Of a stretch of DNA of 64,000 bases, positions 38,817 through 49,174 are shown piece by piece. Below the pieces are notes generated by a model. The model was not told the origin of the DNA. It did no database searches and worked only from the letters and a program-made list of their open reading frames with translations. Source of the stretch: Bacillota bacterium. Its GTDB lineage: Bacteria > Bacillota > Sulfobacillia > DUMF01. The translations under genes were made by a program, and so were the position numbers. The stretch lies in contig DUMF01000026.1 of assembly GCA_012840015.1 (NCBI GenBank), positions 21,176 through 85,175 of the forward strand, read 5' to 3'. How positions within the stretch are numbered: the stretch's first letter is position 1; each line of letters begins with the position of its first letter.

Positions 38817-38904
38817 CGTACTGTGTGATGATGACTTTCGCCAGGCGCGGATTTGGTCTAGTGATGCGAATCGGGTGTTCCGTCATCTTTTCATACAGCC
38901 ACAC
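38806..38904 (-). CDS. cotJC: cotJC 5' segment (33 codons) directly after cotJB
   Basis: GTG start 1 nt after the cotJB stop, with GGAGGG RBS. MWLYEKMTEHPIRITRPNPRLAKVIITQYGGPD aligns with the CotJC N-terminus (MWVYEKKLQYPVKVSTCNPALAKLLIEQYGGAD). After the core it reads into the element and stops 8 codons later. Confidence 0.75.
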
Positions 38905-38905
38905 G

Positions 38906-39178
38906 TTAAATCCCTCCTTCAAATACGATCTCCCAAGGCCATGGCTCGTCCACCCAACGCCACGTGCCAGAGCTTTCCGAGAAGCCGTAGTTGATCAGGG
39001 GCCCGTACCTCATCTCGTACATGCTCACAGCCGTTCTTAGTTCCTGAACTGTAGCGTTGTAGTCGGCCAACGCCCTCTGGTCATCGGGATGAGTATCCAG
39101 GAAAAGGTTGAGATCAGTGGCCGTGAACTGGAGCTCCATGATTCTCCTCAAAAGAGAAAGCCTGTCGCTCATGTGCAA
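38906..39178 (-). CDS. cotJB: Spore coat protein CotJB
   Basis: Contains LLRRIMELQFTATDLNLFLDTHPDD and YEMRYGPL, matching CotJB-family signature. Confidence 0.85.
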   Translation of the reverse strand: MHMSDRLSLLRRIMELQFTATDLNLFLDTHPDDQRALADYNATVQELRTAVSMYEMRYGPLINYGFSESSGTWRWVDEPWPWEIVFEGGI

Positions 39179-39265
39179 CCCTCCTTACGTAAACCTCCCT
39201 GCGCAAACCCTCTTACGTACCCCCCTGTGTAGGCTGGCCTGCATAGGGTTCTTTTTACGCTAACC

Positions 39266-39505
39266 TCAGCCCTGAATACGGTAAGGCTTATATAGTTCTG
39301 GAAATATAGTGCCGCGTCTCAACCCTTCCGCTGGATCAAATCTCCTCGTGTAGACCTGAATTGGAATGAAGGCCATTGCAAGCTCGCCGAATCGGAATAG
39401 TGCCTTGAACTGGTTTTCGTCCATCGACACGGTCTCCCCGGCCATAGGTGCACCTCCTACCTGTCTTGGCAACATACTTTTATAACAACATATTCCGTCA
39501 AGCAT
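39266..39505 (-). CDS. cotJA: Spore coat associated protein CotJA
   Basis: AFIPIQVY...EGLRRGTIFPELYKPY matches the CotJA motif. Confidence 0.7.
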   Translation of the reverse strand: MLDGICCYKSMLPRQVGGAPMAGETVSMDENQFKALFRFGELAMAFIPIQVYTRRFDPAEGLRRGTIFPELYKPYRIQG

Positions 39506-39716
39506 AGCGTTGTTACGTCTGTTGCCCCGGATGAGGTAATGGTACTTTATCTTTGCGCTGATGCTGTCTGCCGCAAAGTTTGCTTATCGGCTTTGGCAGT
39601 GTGTGGGCTGGGACCCTGGTGATCTCCTACGAGCAATGAGATAGACATCTGTCAAACTGCTTGGGCTATGAAAAAACTGCCCCGCCAGCAATCTGGCGGG
39701 GTTCTGTAGAACTATC

Positions 39717-40241
39717 TCACGTGCAAGACTTATCGAAACCTTTTTCTGGTGGGTTGGCGAGGAGAATCTCTGCCAGCCACCTTGCCGTGTTACCTACCAC
39801 GACAGGGCACTTGTCGCTATGACCCCCTTGAGCTTCGAATTCTTCCCGGTCCTTTGGGTCGAGCAGATTGAACCACCTGCCGAAGAGTCGCGTCTGGACG
39901 TCCTTGCAGAAGATGCTCCCGTATTCAGCGGTGAACTTGCACCACAGTGTTCTGCCGTGTTTTGCGGCATAACGGGCCTTCTCAATGTCAGAGAAATTAT
40001 CCCTATCACGGCCATAGTAGTACCCCAGTACGAGCATCGCCCCCGAAAGGGCCCCACAAGGTCCATGACCCATGCTACATACACCTGCTGATAATGTACT
40101 GGCCGCTTTAAACACGGAGTCGTCGATACCGAACACATCCTGGACGGCTCCAATGACGCATTGCGCGCAGCCGTGGTACGTCTTTTCGTATTTCAATCCA
40201 AGATCGTAGACTTTCTGGAGAAGCTCTTCTTTGCTTTCCAT
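39717..40241 (-). CDS. C_GCAxxG_C_C family putative redox-active protein
   Basis: Contains HGCAQCVIG ... CSMGHGPCGALSGAML, the C-GCAxxG-C-C motif. Confidence 0.75.
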   Translation of the reverse strand: MESKEELLQKVYDLGLKYEKTYHGCAQCVIGAVQDVFGIDDSVFKAASTLSAGVCSMGHGPCGALSGAMLVLGYYYGRDRDNFSDIEKARYAAKHGRTLWCKFTAEYGSIFCKDVQTRLFGRWFNLLDPKDREEFEAQGGHSDKCPVVVGNTARWLAEILLANPPEKGFDKSCT

Positions 40242-40725
40242 TTCGATATCACCACCTGTTTTCCCATGTCAGAGAGGGATCTCAACGCGATGGCAACCAC
40301 CGGCAAATCTTATTGGCTAATACCATTCGCTCCATTTTAATTCTTCGTTTTGGCAGCCAGAGTTTCCTTCCTGATTTGGCATATACCTTTACACAGCGAA
40401 GTTCTGGGAAATCGAACGTTCTCGGAGAGCCACAGTGGTCCCATCAGCAGAAACGACCAGCTGTATAACCAGTGCACTTCCACTGGGTTGGAGTACCCCT
40501 TTTCACGCATCTACTTTGCAGCAGCTGGCTGCGATTCATCTACAACACAACTACCAGAACATGCCGCTCTGTCGCTTGGCCGCTTGAAGCACAGCATTGG
40601 CGCAGGTACTCCCTTCACTGCCCAGCGACGACGGTGATCTAGGCTGAGCCCGGGATCGCGTCACGGCGAATTGCACTTTCCCGAGCCGATCTGTAGGATG
40701 TAATCATGGAGAAGGAGGGACTCGT

Positions 40726-41565
40726 GTGAAGACCCTCGCTGCTTTTATCGGTATTACCGTTGGAGCAGTGGTTTTTGCGCTCGGGTTGAACTATTTTATC
40801 GTCGCCAACCGGCTCGCAGAGGGCGGCTTGACAGGCATTTCCTTGATACTCTATTACGTCGCCAGCGTGCCGGTGGGTATCAGTTACCTCCTGTTCAACA
40901 TTCCTTTGTTTATACTTGGCCATAAACTTATGGGCAGGGATTTCAGCATCAGGACTCTGTACGGGGTAGCAGTCTCGTCATTCGCAATAGAACTCACCAA
41001 AAGCCTGCAGGGTCCCACTCCCGATCTACTTCTCGCAGGTCTTTACGGAGGAGCGCTCACCGGGCTGGGCATGGGGATTATATTTCGGTACGGGGGAAGC
41101 ACTGGCGGAATCGACATAGTGGCAAGGCTTCTATGGCATTCTAGAGGAGTGGAAATGGGCAAGACATTGTTCACCATCGATGCTGCTGTGATAGGTATGA
41201 GCGCGGCCTTCTTCGGGAAAGAGGTCGCGCTGTACTCCCTGGTAGCGATGTTCGTAGCCTCGAGAGTAGTAGATGCCGTACAAGAAGGGGCCTACACGGC
41301 TAAAGCGGTCATGATCATTTCGGAACGCTACGAAGAGATCGCAGACAGGATAATCAACGAAATGGAAAGAGGCGCGACAGTGCTTGAAGGCAAGGGGGCA
41401 TACACGGGCAAGAAACGTGGGGTACTGTATTCCGTCGTGGCTAGAAATGAAGTAGCACAGCTCAAAAGGCTGATCAGCGAAGTTGACCCCGTAGCTTTCG
41501 TCACGGTGCACGATATTCGGGAAGCTCTAGGCGAAGGGTTCCGACCGCTGCGAGAACACCACTGA
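40726..41565 (+). CDS. YitT-family membrane protein (DUF161/DUF2179)
   Basis: 279 aa. N-terminal polytopic region with the GGLTGISLIL motif and a C-terminal soluble domain. Confidence 0.75.
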   Translation: MKTLAAFIGITVGAVVFALGLNYFIVANRLAEGGLTGISLILYYVASVPVGISYLLFNIPLFILGHKLMGRDFSIRTLYGVAVSSFAIELTKSLQGPTPDLLLAGLYGGALTGLGMGIIFRYGGSTGGIDIVARLLWHSRGVEMGKTLFTIDAAVIGMSAAFFGKEVALYSLVAMFVASRVVDAVQEGAYTAKAVMIISERYEEIADRIINEMERGATVLEGKGAYTGKKRGVLYSVVARNEVAQLKRLISEVDPVAFVTVHDIREALGEGFRPLREHH

Positions 41566-41573
41566 GGCACGAT

Positions 41574-42755
41574 CTATCTGCGCACTGATAATATCTCTGT
41601 GGCTTCCACTGCTGTACGAACGAGGCCAACTATATCGAGCTTCGCCTCCTCTGCCTCTGCCTCCGCAGGCTGAGGTCGCGTGCGCGGATGTTTTGGCGCG
41701 AAAAGGGTACAGCAATCTTCGTAGGGGCGTATGGATATTTCGAAGGTGCCGATCTCCTTGGCGAGCCGTACGATTTCGGTCTTGTCCGCACCCGCGAGCG
41801 GGCGCAATACCGGCAAGTTCGTCACGGCGTTTACTGCACGCATGCTCTCGAGCGTCTGACTCGCTACCTGCCCCACGCTCTCGCCCGTGACCAGGGCTAG
41901 TGCCCCGTGCCTGCCTGCCAGCTCCTGGGCAATACGGAACATCATTCGCCTCATTACCACGATGCGCATCTCCTCGTGGCAATGTTCCATTATGCTCGTC
42001 TGGATCTCCGCAAACGGCACTACGTACAACTGGATTGCTCCCGACCACCTGGCGAGAGCCTTACAGATGTCGATTACTTTCGTCTTGGACTTTTCTCCGG
42101 TAAATGGGAAACTGTAGAAATGCACGGCTTGGATCTCAACCCCACGTTTCATCGCAAGCCACCCTGCTACCGGGCTGTCGATCCCGCCGGACAAAAGCAA
42201 CAGCGCCCTCCCGCTCACTCCGTACGGGAGTCCCCCGGGGCCGGGCAATGTCCGGCAAGACACGTAGGCCCTGTCCCTGATCTCGACAGCCAGGGTTATG
42301 TCGGGGTTGTGGACATCTACACTCAGGCCAGGAATGTTCTTTAGAACGTGTGCACCGAGATGGCGGTTCAGCTCCATGGAATCGAGAGGGAAAGCCTTAT
42401 TGGCCCGTGTGGCATGCACTTTGAACGTCACTGATTTCCCTTCGGCCACGACTGTCATGGCACGACGAAACACCTCGAGCGAAACCTGCTCCACCTGGTC
42501 TAGCTCCAACTCCGCGGCCATGGCAGGGCTAAAAGACACGATGCCGAACACACGCGACAGCCTGGAAAGGAATTCGCCCTCCTCCCCCATCGAATAATTC
42601 TCGATGAATATCCTGCCGCGGTCACGATGTATGTACCTGTACTCTAAGCCCTGTAGGGCCCTCTTTATGTTTTCCGAAAGTGCTTTCTCGAAATCAGGCC
42701 TATTCAACCCCTTGAGCCCTAGTTCCCCATACCTCACCAGAATGACCGGTACCAT
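41574..42755 (-). CDS. thiI: tRNA 4-thiouridine synthase ThiI
   Basis: THUMP domain followed by the PP-loop LLSGGIDSPVAG. Confidence 0.85.
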   Translation of the reverse strand: MVPVILVRYGELGLKGLNRPDFEKALSENIKRALQGLEYRYIHRDRGRIFIENYSMGEEGEFLSRLSRVFGIVSFSPAMAAELELDQVEQVSLEVFRRAMTVVAEGKSVTFKVHATRANKAFPLDSMELNRHLGAHVLKNIPGLSVDVHNPDITLAVEIRDRAYVSCRTLPGPGGLPYGVSGRALLLLSGGIDSPVAGWLAMKRGVEIQAVHFYSFPFTGEKSKTKVIDICKALARWSGAIQLYVVPFAEIQTSIMEHCHEEMRIVVMRRMMFRIAQELAGRHGALALVTGESVGQVASQTLESMRAVNAVTNLPVLRPLAGADKTEIVRLAKEIGTFEISIRPYEDCCTLFAPKHPRTRPQPAEAEAEEAKLDIVGLVRTAVEATEILSVRR

Positions 42756-42765
42756 GCTTGCTCCC

Positions 42766-43920
42766 CTATCTACGCACGAGAGCAGCTAGCTTCGCAACGC
42801 ATGCTGCCAGTGCTTCGCACGCGTAGTCTATGTCTTCGGCAGTGGTATTCCACCCAAGGCTAATCCTAATCGAACCCACGGCTTCATCAGAAGTCAAGCC
42901 CATCGCGGTCAATGTGCGACTCAAAGCACGGCTCCGCGAAGAACATGCCGAACCAGTGGAAACGTACACGCCGCGCTCCTCGAGATAGTGAAGTAGAAGC
43001 TCGCCCCTCAGCCCAGGGAAGCTCAGATTCACGATGTGCGGCGCACAGCCTTCTACGGCGCCAACCAGCCGGGCGCCCTTTATTGCAGAGGCCTTCTCAA
43101 TAAGCCTGCGCCTTAACGCGTCTAACTCACTAGCCTCGCGTTCACGTCCTGCCATCGCCGCTTTCACTGCTGCGCCAAACCCCGCAATCCCTGGAACGTT
43201 CTCGGTCCCGGAGCGGAGGCCGCGTTCTTGCCCGCCGCCCAAAATGATCGGTGCGATCTTCGTGCCCTTCTTTATGAACAAGGCGCCCACGCCCTTGGGC
43301 CCACCGATCTTGTGAGAGCTTACCGAGACCAGGTCAATCCCCCATTCGCGCGGGAGCACCGGAAGCTTACAGAAGGACTGAACCGCATCTACATGGAACG
43401 TGATTTTCTCGCGCATTTGTTTCAGCAGAGTACCTACTTGCACCACAGGCTGCACTATGCCCGTCTCGTTGTTGACGTGCATAATACTTACAAGAATAGT
43501 ACCCGGAATGATCGCTTCTCGTAACTCGTCCAGATCGATCATCCCGTCTTGCTTCACATGGAGGTATGTAACCTGAAAGCCTTCCTCCTCCAGCTGTTTG
43601 CACGTCTCGAACACCGACGGGTGTTCAATCCTGGTGGTAATGATGTGGTTTCCATAGCGCGACAGTGCCCTAGCGACGCCCTTTATGGCCATGTTGTTGG
43701 ACTCAGTAGCCCCCGACGTGAAAACTACTTCGTCCGGTTCCCCTCCAAGAGCGCCTGCGACCACTTCCCTCGCCTCGGAGATGATCCGCTCAGCGTCCAC
43801 CCCTTTCCGGTGTAATGAAGAAGGATTACCGAAATCCCGCAACGCCGCTTCCTGTAAAGCCTGGAAAGCCTCCGGGCGAATGGGCGAAGTGGCGCTGTGA
43901 TCGAGATACACTTCCCTCAT
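42766..43920 (-). CDS. Cysteine desulfurase (NifS/IscS class V aminotransferase)
   Basis: Contains SVSSHKIGGPKGVGAL PLP-lysine motif and C-terminal SGSACS active-site cysteine. Confidence 0.85.
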   Translation of the reverse strand: MREVYLDHSATSPIRPEAFQALQEAALRDFGNPSSLHRKGVDAERIISEAREVVAGALGGEPDEVVFTSGATESNNMAIKGVARALSRYGNHIITTRIEHPSVFETCKQLEEEGFQVTYLHVKQDGMIDLDELREAIIPGTILVSIMHVNNETGIVQPVVQVGTLLKQMREKITFHVDAVQSFCKLPVLPREWGIDLVSVSSHKIGGPKGVGALFIKKGTKIAPIILGGGQERGLRSGTENVPGIAGFGAAVKAAMAGREREASELDALRRRLIEKASAIKGARLVGAVEGCAPHIVNLSFPGLRGELLLHYLEERGVYVSTGSACSSRSRALSRTLTAMGLTSDEAVGSIRISLGWNTTAEDIDYACEALAACVAKLAALVRR

Positions 43921-43928
43921 CGGTTCTA

Positions 43929-45317
43929 CTAAGCCCCCTTAAACAATGAGGCCGCAGCCGTCTTGGCGGTAGAGACCGCCAGCCCCCAAAAGCTCTTGCG
44001 TTGGCTCAATACCTCCTCTACTGCCTGGAGCACCCGATTCACCTGTTCCCTCGTGACCGTGAGCGGTGGTTCCAATCTCATCACGTTGGGGTTGTTCAAA
44101 GTGTATGCAGTAATCACGTGGTGCCGGTTAAGGAGCTCACCCGCAACCATGGCCCCAATGTACTCGTCTGCTGCCTTGTTTATCATACCCGCTGTGACTT
44201 TATCTAACAACCCTTTGACGGGTTGATCAAACTCCACCCCGATGAGAAGGCCCCTACCCCGCACTTCCTTCACCGCAGGGCATCTCGCCCCTATAGCCTT
44301 GAGTCCGTTCAGCATGTATGAACCCAGCTCCGCAGCATTTTCCCATAGTCTCCTTTGCACGATAGCTTCCAGAGCTGCTATCCCCGCAAGACAAGCGAGG
44401 GTATTTCCGCCAAAAGTGGAAGTGTGTAGCATGCACCTATCGAGGCCTCCATAAGCGGCATTCCACACTTTCTCCGTAGCGATGCAGGCTCCTATCGGGA
44501 CCAAACCGCCCCCCAGCGACTTCGATATGCACATAATATCGGGCCGGACACCTTCATGTTCACACGCGAAAAGCCTTCCGGTACGCCCCAAGCCCGTCTG
44601 GATTTCGTCAACTATGAGTAATGTTCCGTACTTATGGCAAAGCTCTTCAGCCGCCTTGAGGTACCCCTCAGGCGGAACCCTTACTCCTCCCTCTCCTTGA
44701 ATGGGTTCCACGATGAACGCTGCTACTTCCGATGCCTGAAGCCGCGACTCCAGGGCCGCTAAATCTCCATAAGGTACCTTTTCGCACCCTGGGAGTAGTG
44801 GGGCAAACGGCTTCTGGTACTTTTCCCGCCCAGTCACCGACAGCGAACCAAATGTCTTACCGTGGAAGGATCCCTCACAGTAAAGAATGGTACCTCGGCC
44901 AGTAGCCGCCCTAGACATCTTGAGGGCTGCTTCTACAGTCTCGGTACCGCTGTTGGTGAAAAAACATCGTTTGAGCTCGCCCGGGGTGACTTGCGCGAGG
45001 TTGTGAGCCAGCGCCGCCGCGGCAGCGCCGGGCAACGCTTGAAGTAGGTTGGTAGGATGGCACACGCGAGCCTTCTCCAATGCCGCCCATACTTCCGGAG
45101 GGTTATGCCCTAGATTCAACGCCCCGAAAGCGCCAAGGAAATCCAGGTACACGTTCCCATCCTGATCCCAGACTTCCACTCCCTCGGCTTTCACGAAACG
45201 TTTGTCGAAGTCCAAAAGCTTAAGTAGCGAAATGAATCCCGGGTTCACATACTCAGAATACAGTCTCCTTATTTCCGATCTGTCCATCTCTAATACTTGA
45301 TCCACGCTAAAAAGCAC
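43929..45317 (-). CDS. Class-III aminotransferase (acetylornithine/GABA/omega-aminotransferase family)
   Basis: 462 aa with DEIQTGLGRTG and ISKSLGGG (PLP lysine). Confidence 0.8.
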   Translation of the reverse strand: MLFSVDQVLEMDRSEIRRLYSEYVNPGFISLLKLLDFDKRFVKAEGVEVWDQDGNVYLDFLGAFGALNLGHNPPEVWAALEKARVCHPTNLLQALPGAAAAALAHNLAQVTPGELKRCFFTNSGTETVEAALKMSRAATGRGTILYCEGSFHGKTFGSLSVTGREKYQKPFAPLLPGCEKVPYGDLAALESRLQASEVAAFIVEPIQGEGGVRVPPEGYLKAAEELCHKYGTLLIVDEIQTGLGRTGRLFACEHEGVRPDIMCISKSLGGGLVPIGACIATEKVWNAAYGGLDRCMLHTSTFGGNTLACLAGIAALEAIVQRRLWENAAELGSYMLNGLKAIGARCPAVKEVRGRGLLIGVEFDQPVKGLLDKVTAGMINKAADEYIGAMVAGELLNRHHVITAYTLNNPNVMRLEPPLTVTREQVNRVLQAVEEVLSQRKSFWGLAVSTAKTAAASLFKGA

Positions 45318-45772
45318 TGCCTGGCACCTGCCTTCCGCAGCCCGTCTCCGGGCGGACTCCTAGGGAGCATTGTAGCACAAAACTGTGCACAAAGGGTTCG
45401 TCCACGTATGATTTCCTACGACAAAGCACGCCACGGCGGTTGAGCACCCGAGCAAAAAGAATTGTGGGTCCTTCCAAAACGCCTCCTGCTTTGGACAGGA
45501 TACTGTGGTCAGGAGGTAACCCATCGATGTTGTATCCCAGAACCACAAGAAGGCCAGGTTCAGCCGCACCTGTTCACCATTTCATATAAAAACCACCTCG
45601 GCCAGTCTGCGTGCTGCCTACATCTCGAGAACTCGCCCTCTTTCTCGCAGTACCTTGTCGTTTCAACAGAATGCACCCCCGAGACAGACCACTTCGGCTC
45701 ACGCTCACCGTCAATTTTTTCTGTGATCGATGAGATCCCGGAAGGAAAACCGCACTTGGTGACGAACTATTT

Positions 45773-45786
45773 GGACATTAGATGTC
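45773..45786. promoter_or_regulatory. Palindrome GGACAT-TAG-ATGTC upstream of GntR/HutC gene (candidate operator)
   Basis: Perfect 5-bp arms (GACAT/ATGTC) about 60 bp upstream of the regulator start, in a 530-bp divergent intergenic region. Confidence 0.3.
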
Positions 45787-45845
45787 TAACAAAGTGGCGG
45801 TGCGGAAAGTTTGTCAGAGTGAACTAGAAAAGCGAGGCGTTAGGG

Positions 45846-46574
45846 TTGGCGAGGCGTGACAGATTATACCTCGGTGTGGTGGAAGAGCTGACATCAAGGA
45901 TACGCAGCGGCCGGATCAAGCCGGGTGAAAAGCTGAAAAGCGAGCCGGAATTGGCGGGTGAATTCAACGTAAGCAGGGGTACCATTCGAGAAGCGTTGGG
46001 ATGCCTTGAATTCCGGGGCCTTATTGCCCGCACGCACGGCATAGGATCCTTTGTAGTCGGCCAGCCTCACGAGGTAACAGCAGGACTGGAGAAAATGGAG
46101 AGTTTTACGCAGACCATCCGGAGAACCGGCCACACCGCTGGAGACCGGGTGATAGGAATAACCGAAATCGGGCTGTCCAAAGAAGTAGCGTATGCAATGG
46201 GGCTGGGCAACGGCACTACGGGGTACGAAATAAGGAGCGTCAGAACGCTGGATGGAGTGCCTGTTATCCTTACCGTGGACGTCCTGCGTGGCGACCTGCT
46301 CAAAGACGCAAAGGTCCTGGAGCTTAGGAAGAACCACGAGTCTCTGTTGGAGTTTCTGGAGGACGAGCTCGGAATTACCGTGGGTTACTCCCTGATGAGC
46401 CTTGAGGCTCTAAGGGCTTTCGGTGACCTCGCGGCCCTACTGGAGATCCCTGAAGGGTTCCCGCTCGTGCATCTCGAGGGAGTTGTCCGGGCAAGGGATG
46501 GGATGGCCATCTACCATTCCTCCAACTACTTCCGTAGCGATAAATACAGGTTCAATCTGGTCAGGCGTTCTTAG
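45846..46574 (+). CDS. GntR-family regulator, HutC subfamily (UTRA effector domain)
   Basis: GEFNVSRGTIREALGCLEFRGLI HTH plus a C-terminal UTRA-like domain. Confidence 0.8.
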   Translation: MARRDRLYLGVVEELTSRIRSGRIKPGEKLKSEPELAGEFNVSRGTIREALGCLEFRGLIARTHGIGSFVVGQPHEVTAGLEKMESFTQTIRRTGHTAGDRVIGITEIGLSKEVAYAMGLGNGTTGYEIRSVRTLDGVPVILTVDVLRGDLLKDAKVLELRKNHESLLEFLEDELGITVGYSLMSLEALRAFGDLAALLEIPEGFPLVHLEGVVRARDGMAIYHSSNYFRSDKYRFNLVRRS

Positions 46575-46607
46575 TCTTGCGATTCCTACTTCAAAGAGGA
46601 GGATCAT

Positions 46608-47877
46608 CTTGGGACGCATCATTGGATTGAAGTGCGTGCGGTGTGGCAAGATTTACGGCACCGAACTTGGGCCGAAGGCATTTGAGGGTTGTCCGGTCTG
46701 CGCTCAAGAGGGGCAACCAGCAAACCTCAGTACTGTCTACGATTACAGCGGCTTGAATGCGGACGACCTCGTCAGAGCTTTTTCTCAAAGGCCCAGGACC
46801 ATGTGGCGCTACATTGAAATGTTGCCAGCTGACAACGTGGACGAGGTTGTATCCCTGCACGAAGGGTGTACACCCCTCATGCGTCTGCACAAATTGGAAG
46901 AGGAATACGGGATAGGGCGCCTGTACATCAAGGATGAGTCGAGAAACCCCACAGGGTCCTTCAAGGATAGACTGGCCTCGTGCGCCGTAACTCGTGGCCT
47001 TAAAACAGGTGCTAGAGTGATAACCGTATCCTCCACTGGGAACCACGGCTCATCGACGGCTGCCTATGCGACCAGGGCTGACCTGGACTGTATCGTATTT
47101 ACAATGGATTCCGTGCCGCTGATGATGAAGGTCCTCATGCAGGTCTATGGCGGCAAACTGGTGGCATGCAAGAACGGGCCCGATAGATGGAAGTTAATGG
47201 CATGGGGAGTACGTGAGAAGGGCTGGTACCCGCTGGGGAATTACGTTAACCCTCCCGTAGGCAGTAATCCCTACGGGGTGGACGGATACAAGTCAATGGC
47301 GCTGGAAATATGCGAAGACCTCGGATGGAAAGTCCCGGACGTGGTTATCCAGCCCACCGCGTACGGCGACGGGTTGTACGGTATGTGGAAGGGCTTTGCG
47401 GAGATGAAACAGCTGGGGATTATCGACTCAACCCCACGCATGTACGCTGCGGAAGTCTTCGGCCCCCTCTGCAACGCCCTGGCGAAAGGCGGGAAACTTG
47501 AACCCGTGGCGGCCGGACCGAGCGTAGCTTTCTCCATCGCGTCGCCTTTCGGGACCCACCAGGCGCTCAGGGCCCTGGTGGATTCCAGGGGCGGGGCTAT
47601 TAGTGTCAGCGATGAGGAGATCCTCGCCGTACAGGAGCGTCTGGGAAAGCATGGCCTGTATGCTGAGGCATCATCGTGCGCGTCCGTTGCCGCGGCCATC
47701 AGGTTGGCAAAGAAAGGGGTGATAGGCAAGTCAGATACGGTGGTGGCTGTTATCACTGCTACCGGTCAGAGGGATCCGTGGGTGACGCAGTCGAGGTTGC
47801 CGGCGGTGCCCGTGGTCGAGCCTGATCCAGATCACTTGTCAGATGTGCTTAAGACCACGTATGGGTTCGTCGTGTAA
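46608..47877 (+). CDS. PLP-dependent threonine-synthase-like enzyme with N-terminal zinc ribbon
   Basis: CVRCG...CPVC zinc ribbon, then the TGSFKDR PLP-lysine motif of the ThrC/TrpB fold. AGAGGAGGA RBS lies before a TTG start. Confidence 0.75.
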
Positions 47878-47929
47878 CAGTTCGTCGCACAGCATGGCCA
47901 GAAGATTGAAAGGGAGGTAAGACCAGACT

Positions 47930-49096
47930 ATGAAGGTTAGAAAGCACACAGTGCTGTTCCCTGCGGTATGTCTCTTGCTGATAGCCGCCGTGGTCTCGGG
48001 TTGCTCGTCCAAGCCAGCGGAGAAGGCCGCACAGAAACCGGCCGAAGGACCGATAAAGATCGGCGCCGCGCTCGCTCTTACCGGTGGCAGCGCCGAACAG
48101 GGCAACAGGGCCAGGAGAGGCGCACTCCTCGCTATCGAGGAAGCAAACCAGGCTGGTGGTATCAACGGCAGAAAGATCGAGCTCGTGGAAATGGACGATA
48201 GGGCCGACCCGAAAGAAGCGGCCAACGTGGCTAACAGGCTCGCGGCCGATCCCAGCGTAGTAGCGGTCATAGGCCACACTAACAGCTCTTGCACACTTGC
48301 TGGCGCTCCCATCTATAACAAGGCGGGGCTGGTCCACATCACTTGTTCGTCGAGCTCGCCGAAGATCAGCGACGCGGGTCCGTACACGTTCAGGGTGTGG
48401 AACTCTGACGCCTATACAGCCAGTTTCAACGTTAAGAAAATAATTGAGCTGGGCTACAAGAAGATCGCGATTATCTATGAGAATAACGACTACGGCCGCG
48501 GTGGCTACGATGTGGCCAAGAAGACCCTAGAAGAGGCCGGGATCCAGCCCGTGGCCGCTGAGTCGTACCTCCTTGGTGAGACTAAAGACTTCAGCACGAT
48601 CATCACCAAGCTAAAGAACGCAGGTGCTGAGGCCATTTACGGTGTTTCAGACGAGACCGAAATCCCACTGTTCCTGAAGCAGGCCCATCAGATGGGATAT
48701 AAGCCGTTCTTCGTTAGCTCGGGAACGTATAACCCCGCAGTTATTAGGTTAGGCGGTCAAGACGTCGAGGGTGCTGTGGGGAACGCCCTGTTCAATCCAG
48801 AGGATCCGAAGCCGTCTCTAAAGGCGTTCTTCGATAAGTACCTTGAGAGGTTCAAGTCCGAAGGAGTAACCGGAACCGATCCGGTATCCCCAGCGGCCTA
48901 CGACGCTACGCGCATGATCATCGAAGCTCTAAAGAAGGGCGGCACTACAAGAGAAGCTGTCAAGGATTACCTAACCAACCTCAAGGACTTTGACGGGGTG
49001 TTGGGCAAGCTGTCCTTCGACAAGAATGGGGATACGTTCATCCCGATGATCTACATGACGATAAAGGACGGCAAGTTTGTCGAGTTCAAGAAGTAG
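47930..49096 (+). CDS. livK: Branched-chain amino acid ABC transporter substrate-binding lipoprotein LivK
   Basis: Lipobox VVSGCSS, then a type I periplasmic binding fold (Leu/Ile/Val-binding family). Confidence 0.85.
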   Translation: MKVRKHTVLFPAVCLLLIAAVVSGCSSKPAEKAAQKPAEGPIKIGAALALTGGSAEQGNRARRGALLAIEEANQAGGINGRKIELVEMDDRADPKEAANVANRLAADPSVVAVIGHTNSSCTLAGAPIYNKAGLVHITCSSSSPKISDAGPYTFRVWNSDAYTASFNVKKIIELGYKKIAIIYENNDYGRGGYDVAKKTLEEAGIQPVAAESYLLGETKDFSTIITKLKNAGAEAIYGVSDETEIPLFLKQAHQMGYKPFFVSSGTYNPAVIRLGGQDVEGAVGNALFNPEDPKPSLKAFFDKYLERFKSEGVTGTDPVSPAAYDATRMIIEALKKGGTTREAVKDYLTNLKDFDGVLGKLSFDKNGDTFIPMIYMTIKDGKFVEFKK

Positions 49097-49136
49097 TCAT
49101 CGAAGAGCAGGTCTAGGTTAGCGAGGTTCGCAAGGC

Positions 49137-49163
49137 GGGGTCCGCCGGCCGCCGGCAGACCCC
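49137..49163 (+). promoter_or_regulatory. GC-rich hairpin between livK and livH
   Basis: ggggtccgccgg-ccg-ccggcagacccc. No T-tract follows. Typical intercistronic stem-loop after a binding-protein gene. Confidence 0.35.
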
Positions 49164-49174
49164 GAACTACTACT

